From Macrostomum hystrix (lineage: Eukaryota; Animalia; Platyhelminthes), in NCBI GenBank assembly GCA_950097015.1, contig CATNEN010000007.1, forward strand, positions 1,302,001 through 1,366,000: DNA of 64,000 bases, given 5' to 3'. A program made the translations under genes and the position numbers. The notes under the pieces were generated by a model. That model saw only the letters and a program-made list of their open reading frames with translations. It had not been told where the DNA came from and did no database searches. This document shows, piece after piece, positions 58,502 to 64,000 of the stretch (its first letter is position 1; each line of letters begins with the position of its first letter).

Positions 58502-61500
58502 CTAATCGGCGTGACTTCGCTTGTCACCGTCGGCCAGACGTTTGTGGCCGCCGCCATTTTCACTCTCGCGTTCGTCGAATTCTCGAGTGTCGTCCACCTC
58601 CTTCTGCTGCCCTGTGGCCACCTTCACTAGCAGGAGTAGCACGAACTGCCGTTTATGAGGGTGAGAAAAAAGTTAGGTTCAGTTCCATGGAGTTTGAAAC
58701 AGGAGCTAAAGGGCTAACCCAGTTCTTGGGATTAAAAGTTGAAACTAGCATAGCTTTGTGATAAAAAATAAAAGGATTTGATCAACGATCCCGCGAATTA
58801 CCCCACGACTGGCCTCGATACAGTTTGAGGATTAGCTAGAGATTGATATAGGATTTGAGGACTAGCCTTGGACTGAGGATTGATAAAGGATTTGAGGACT
58901 AGCTGTGGTGACTGCGTTTCGCTATCAGTGCAGAGTATGGGATTGAGGGTGTTATTTTTCTCTCTCTCTCTCTCGCAATGTACTCGCGCATGTGCGTACT
59001 CTGGAGCGCGTGCACGCCCAGAGGTAGCGGCTGATTGGTCAGCCTGGTCAGGCTGAGAAATAAACTTATATTTATTTAGAGAGCTAGGCTTGGCCTGCTC
59101 TGAAAAGCTTCTCTCTCTGCAAGCCACGCTGACTTTATTACACTAGCCTTGGACTGGGGATTGATATAGGATTTGAGGTTTAGCCATGGACTGGGGATTG
59201 ATATAGGATTTGAGGTTTAGCCATGGACTGGGGATTGATATAGGATTTGAGGACTAGCCTTGGACTGGGGATTGATATTTGATTTGAGGACTAGCCTTGG
59301 ACTGGGGATTGATATAGGATTTGAGGACTAGACTTGGACTGGGGATTGATATTGGATTTGAGGACTAGCCTTGGACTGGGGATTGATATAGGATTTGAGG
59401 ACTAGCCTTGGACTGGGGATTGATATTGGATTTGAGGACTAGCCTTGGACTGGGGATTGATATAGGATTTGAGGACTAGCCTTGGACTGGGGATTGATAT
59501 TGGATTTGAGGACTAGCCTTGGACTGGGGATTGATATAGGATTTGAGGACTAGCTTTGGACTGGGGATTGATATAAGATTTGAGGTTTAGCCATGGACTG
59601 GGGATTGATATAGGATTTGAGGACTAGCTTTGGACTGGGGATTGATATTGGATTTGAGGACTAGCCTTGGACTGGGGATTGATATAGGATTTGAGGACTA
59701 GCCTTGGACTGGGGATTGATATAGGATTTGAGGTTTAGCCATGGACTGGGGATTGATATAGGATTTGAGGACTAGCCTTGGACTGGGGATTGATATAGGA
59801 TCTGAGGACTAGCCTTGGACTGGGGATTGATATAGGATCTGAGGACTAGCCTTGGACTGGGGATTGATATAGGATTTGAGGTTTAGCCATGGACTGGGGA
59901 TTGATATAGGATTTGAGGACTAGCCTTGGACTGGGGATTGATATAGGATCTGAGGACTAGCCTTGGACTGGGGATTAATATAGGATTTGAGGTTTAGCCA
60001 TGGACTGGGGATTGATATACTGGGGTTTGAGGATTATCCTAGATAACTAAAATATGCTGTTGCTGTACCAATTTTATTTGGAACTATCTAAGTGATTACA
60101 GTTAGCCTGGCCAATCCCTAAGTATTTAAAGAGTTAATGGATTAAACCATGTCCTGATAATATCATTAAGGATGGCTGGATCGGAACGAAAGACAATCGA
60201 ATCACGCAATCACTCACGTAAAACCAATAAATGTGGAGAAACTGCAAAGCGAACAGCATTGTATTGAAGAATAGAAACATCTTCGGGTCCTTATCCTTGT
60301 GATATACGTAGACACCCCAGTGAGAGGTGTACAGCACCTTGACCGGGAACCAGAACAGTCGGAACCAGGCCCTGCGAATAAATAGTTAGTAAGAAGGTTT
60401 GTCAACAAGTTGCTTAGTCACAAAGACAAAAACTAAAAATATTCAATAGTAGCGAAGGGAATTCTGATTTAGGGCAATGGACAGTGGAGATGAGGTTAGG
60501 CGGTAGATGGGAGAGGGTAGGCACTAGATAAGAGGGTAGGCACTAGATGGGAGAGGATAGGCACTAGATTTGAGAAGGTAGGCACTAGATGGGAGAGGGT
60601 AGGCACTAGATGGGAGAGGGTAGGCGGTAGATTGGAGAGGGTAGACACTAGATGGGAGAGGGTAGGCACTAGATGGGATAGGGTAGGCGGTAGATGGGAG
60701 AGGGTAGGCACTAGATGGGAGAGGGTAGGCGGTAGATGGGAGAGGGTAGGCACTAGATGGGAGAGGGTAGACACTAGATGGGAGAGGGTACACGGTAGAT
60801 GGGAGAGGGTAGGCACTAGATGGGAGAGGGTAGGCGGTATATTGGAGATGGTAGGCACTAGATGAGAGAGGGTATGCACTAGAAGGGAGAGGGTAGGCAC
60901 TAGATAGGAGAGGGTAGGCACTAGATGGGAGAGGGTAGGCACTAGATGGGAGAGGATAGGCTCTAGATGGGAGAGGGTAGGCACTAGATGGGAGAGGGTA
61001 GGCACTAGATGGGAGAGGATAGGCTCTAGATGGGAGAGTGTAGGCACTAGATGGGAGAGGGTAGGCACTAGATGGGAGAGGGTAGGCGCTAGATGAGAGA
61101 GGGTAGGCACTAGATGAAAGAGGGTAGGCACTAGATGGGAGGGGGTAGGCAGAAGATGGGAGTGAGTAGCCAGTAGATGGGAGTGAGTAGCCAGTAGATG
61201 GGAGAGGGAAGGCACTAGATGGGAGAGAGGGCGGGTAGGCGGTAGATTGGAGTACACAGAAGGCATTAGACACAGCGAAGTAGAGGACAGGTAGTCAGTG
61301 GAGGTAGAGTTAAACCACAAGTAGACTGTCTGTCAGCACGCGGCTCACCAGCTGACTGTGAAGCCTAAGAAGCCGACGTTGGCCAACATTTCGTGAAAGA
61401 CCCAGTGCCGACCGGACCTGTCCTTCATGTAGATGTTGAGCTTGGTGAATTCCAGGATGACGTCGCTTAAGTCGTGTATTAGCAGCACCAGAGCGCCAAT

Positions 61501-63546
61501 CTTGTAGTACCTGAGCATGATTTAGTTAGTAGATGGATTCGTGTGAACTGCTATATCTGCGTCTTGGCCTGTCTGAGTGACTGTAGCTTTTTTCTGTCAA
61601 TCTGTCTGTCAATCTTTCTGTATGATTTGTCTGTCAATCTGTCTGTATGATTTGTCTGTCAATCTGTCTGTATGATTTGTCTGTCAATCTGTCTGTATGA
61701 TTCCTGCCTGTCAATCTGCCTGTATGATTCCTGTCTGTCAATCTGCCTGTATGATTCCTGTCTGTCAATCTGTCTGTATGATTCCTGTCTGTCAATCTGT
61801 CTGTATGATTCCTGTCTGTCAATCTGTCTGTATGATTCCTGTCTGTCAATCTGTCTGTATGATTCCTGTCTGTCAATCTGTCTGTATGATTCCTGTCTGT
61901 CAATCTGTCTGTATGATTCCTGTCTGTCAATCTGTCTGTATGATTCCTGTCTGTCAATCTGTCTGTATGATTCCTGTCTGTCAATCTGTCTGTATGATTC
62001 CTGTCTGTCAATCTGTCTGTATGATTCCTGTCTGTCAATCTGTCTGTATGATTCCTGTCTGTCAATCTGTCTGTATGATTCCTGTCTGTCAATCTGTCTG
62101 TATGATTCCTGTCTGTCAATCTGTCTGTATGATTTGTCTGTCAATCTGTCTGTATGATTTGTCTGTCAATCTGTCTGTATGATTTGTCTGTCAATCTGTC
62201 TGTATGATTCCTGCCTGTCAATCTGCCTGTATGATTCCTGTCTGTCAATCTGCCTGTATGATTCCTGTCTGTCAATCTGTCTGTATGATTCCTGTCTGTC
62301 AATCTGTCTGTATGATTCCTGTCTGTCAATCTGTCTGTATGATTCCTGTCTGTCAATCTGTCTGTATGATTCCTGTCTGTCAATCTGTCTGTATGATTCC
62401 TGTCTGTCAATCTGCCTGTATGATTTGTCTGTCAATCTGTCTGTATGATTTGTCTGTCAATCTGTCTGTATGATTCCTGTCTGTCAATCTGTCTGTATGA
62501 TTCCTGTCTGTCAATCTGTCTGTATGATTCCTGTCTGTCAATCTGTCTGTATGATTCCTGTCTGTCAATCTGTTTTGTATGATTCCTGTCTGTCAATCTG
62601 TCTGTATGATTCCTGTCTGTCAATCTGTTTTGTATGATTCCTGTATGTCAATCTGTTTTGTATGATTCCTGTCTGTCAATCTGTTTTGTATGATTCCTGT
62701 CTGTCAATCTGTTTTGTATGATTCCTGTCTGTCAATCTGTTTTGTATGATTCCTGTATGTTAATCTGTTTTGTATGATTCCTGTATGTCAATCTGTTTTG
62801 TATGATTCCTGTCTGTCAATCTGTTTTGTATGATTCCTGTCTGTCAATCTGTCTGTATGATTCCTGTCTGTCAATCTGTTTTGTATGATTCCTGTATGTT
62901 AATCTGTTTTGTATGATTCCTGTCTGTCAATCTGTCTGTATGATTCCTGTCTGTCAATCTGTCTGTATGATTCCTGTCTGTCAATCTGTCTGTATGATTT
63001 GTCTGTCAATCTGTGATCTGTCTGTATGATTTGTCTGTCAATCTGTTTTGTATGATTCCTGTCTGTCAATCTGGCTAGCCCACGCAACTCACTTCATGAG
63101 ATAGGAGAACTCCAGAAGGAATATGGTTAAGCCGTGATGAAACAGCATCATGTAGGAGTCCTTACGCCACACATCCATGAACAATGTACCGTAGATTGAG
63201 TGAGCATAGAAGCCCAATTGTAAGACGTACATCCAATAGATGTCACCAGGAATAGGCCTAGTCAGGTAGTTGGCTGCGTTGCGTGGAACGGGTGCAACGC
63301 ATTAGTAAATAATATTTATAATAAGCTCAAAAATCTGTCAAAAGACAATAGATAAGAAGCTGTCTCACCATCAAAGACAATATTCTTGAAGATGTCTAGG
63401 GGTTTTTGAAAGAAGTCGTACCGGCCGCTGTGAATTACCACATAGTAGGAGTAGCCCCAGAGGCCTGTGTACACTATAAACTTCCACACGGATTCCGGCC
63501 ATTTTTCACAATTCTTCTTCCGCAGCTTCAAAGCGCCGGCTAACGG
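58502..63546 (-). CDS. CERS1: Ceramide synthase (TLC/Lag1 domain), CERS1-like; last five exons, 5' end beyond the window
   Basis: Exons 63546-63369, 63273-63093, 61510-61349, 60371-60218 and 58645-58502, with consistent phases. KWPESVWKFIVY, YVLQLGFYAHSIY, WRKDSYMMLFHH, GALVLLIHDLSDVILEFTKLNIY, WFRLFWFP, KVATGQQKEVDDTRE*. Confidence 0.93.
59143..60030. repeat. 37-bp minisatellite in the last CerS intron
   Basis: Unit ACTAGCCTTGGACTGGGGATTGATATAGGATTTGAGG, variant TTTAGCCATGGACTGGGG. Degenerate copies also at ~58825-58900. Confidence 0.95.
60500..61250. repeat. 21-bp minisatellite in a CerS intron
   Basis: Unit GGGAGAGGGTAGGCACTAGAT. Confidence 0.95.
61590..63072. repeat. 27/25-bp minisatellite in a CerS intron
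   Basis: Unit TGTCTGTCAATCTGTCTGTATGATTCC. The variant pattern repeats as larger blocks (about 61.6-62.15 kb and 62.15-62.45 kb). Confidence 0.96.
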
Positions 63547-63639
63547 CTGTAAAGATTCGGATATAATGGGGCTTGCAACCATTGCAATTATAGGTATGTG
63601 GGGTATTAGCAGCGACAGGTGAATTTAGGTCGAATATGT

Positions 63640-64000
63640 TGCAGTCAGATACTGGTGAGATAAAGTCAGATACAGGTGGGATACAGTCAGATACAGGTGG
63701 GATAGAGTCAGATACAGTTGGGATACAGTCGGATACAGTCAGGTACAGGTGGGATACAGTCAGATACAGGTGGGATACAGTCAGATGCAGGTGGGATACA
63801 GTCAGATACAGGTGGGATACAGTCAGATACAGGTGGGATACAGTCAGATGCAGGTGGGATACAGTCAGATACAGGTGGGATACAGTCAGATACAGGTGGG
63901 ATACAGTCAGATGCAGGTGGGATACAGTCAGATACAGGTGGGATACAGTCAGATGCAGGTGGGATACAGTCAGATACAGGTGGGATACAGTCAGATACAG
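63640..64000. repeat. 21-bp minisatellite in the upstream CerS intron
   Basis: Unit CAGTCAGATACAGGTGGGATA. Confidence 0.95.

Noticed and set aside
60496-63087. Multiple ORFs such as (LSHLVPT)n and (DRQESYRQI)n
   Set aside because: They lie within CerS introns and are translations of 21- and 27-bp minisatellites.

Overview
Repeat-rich genomic DNA from an invertebrate animal. GC-rich Ala/Gln-rich exons, minisatellite-filled introns and AG acceptors just before several start codons resemble the flatworm Macrostomum; this organism call is inference only. Spliced genes reconstructed by hand: Pellino (+, 6198-8478), an uncharacterised single-pass membrane protein (-, 13295-16908), UMP-CMP kinase (+, 41991-43308), a YajO/IolS-type aldo-keto reductase (+, 48141-50371), ZFAND1 (+, 51201-53081), DCP1 (+, 53892-55761) and a CERS1-like ceramide synthase (-, 58502 to beyond the window). 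An orphan ORF runs off the left edge. Two related, divergently oriented two-exon genes encode secreted, extremely acidic repeat proteins (21469-22392 - and 31224-33513 +). The true frame of the second is missing from the ORF track, and this pair is the best candidate for an undescribed system. Mobile DNA includes a Helitron with a nested hAT MITE, Tc1, mariner and IS630-like derivatives, two MITE families present twice each, and RTE, RNase H LINE and gypsy remnants. There are about 20 distinct minisatellites. Two non-coding signals stand out: a 40-bp inverted copy of a CerS splice acceptor located downstream of the same gene's stop, and a dispersed ~50-bp element ending in the palindrome CAGTCCATGGACTG. 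All coordinates and identities were derived by eye; no database search was run.
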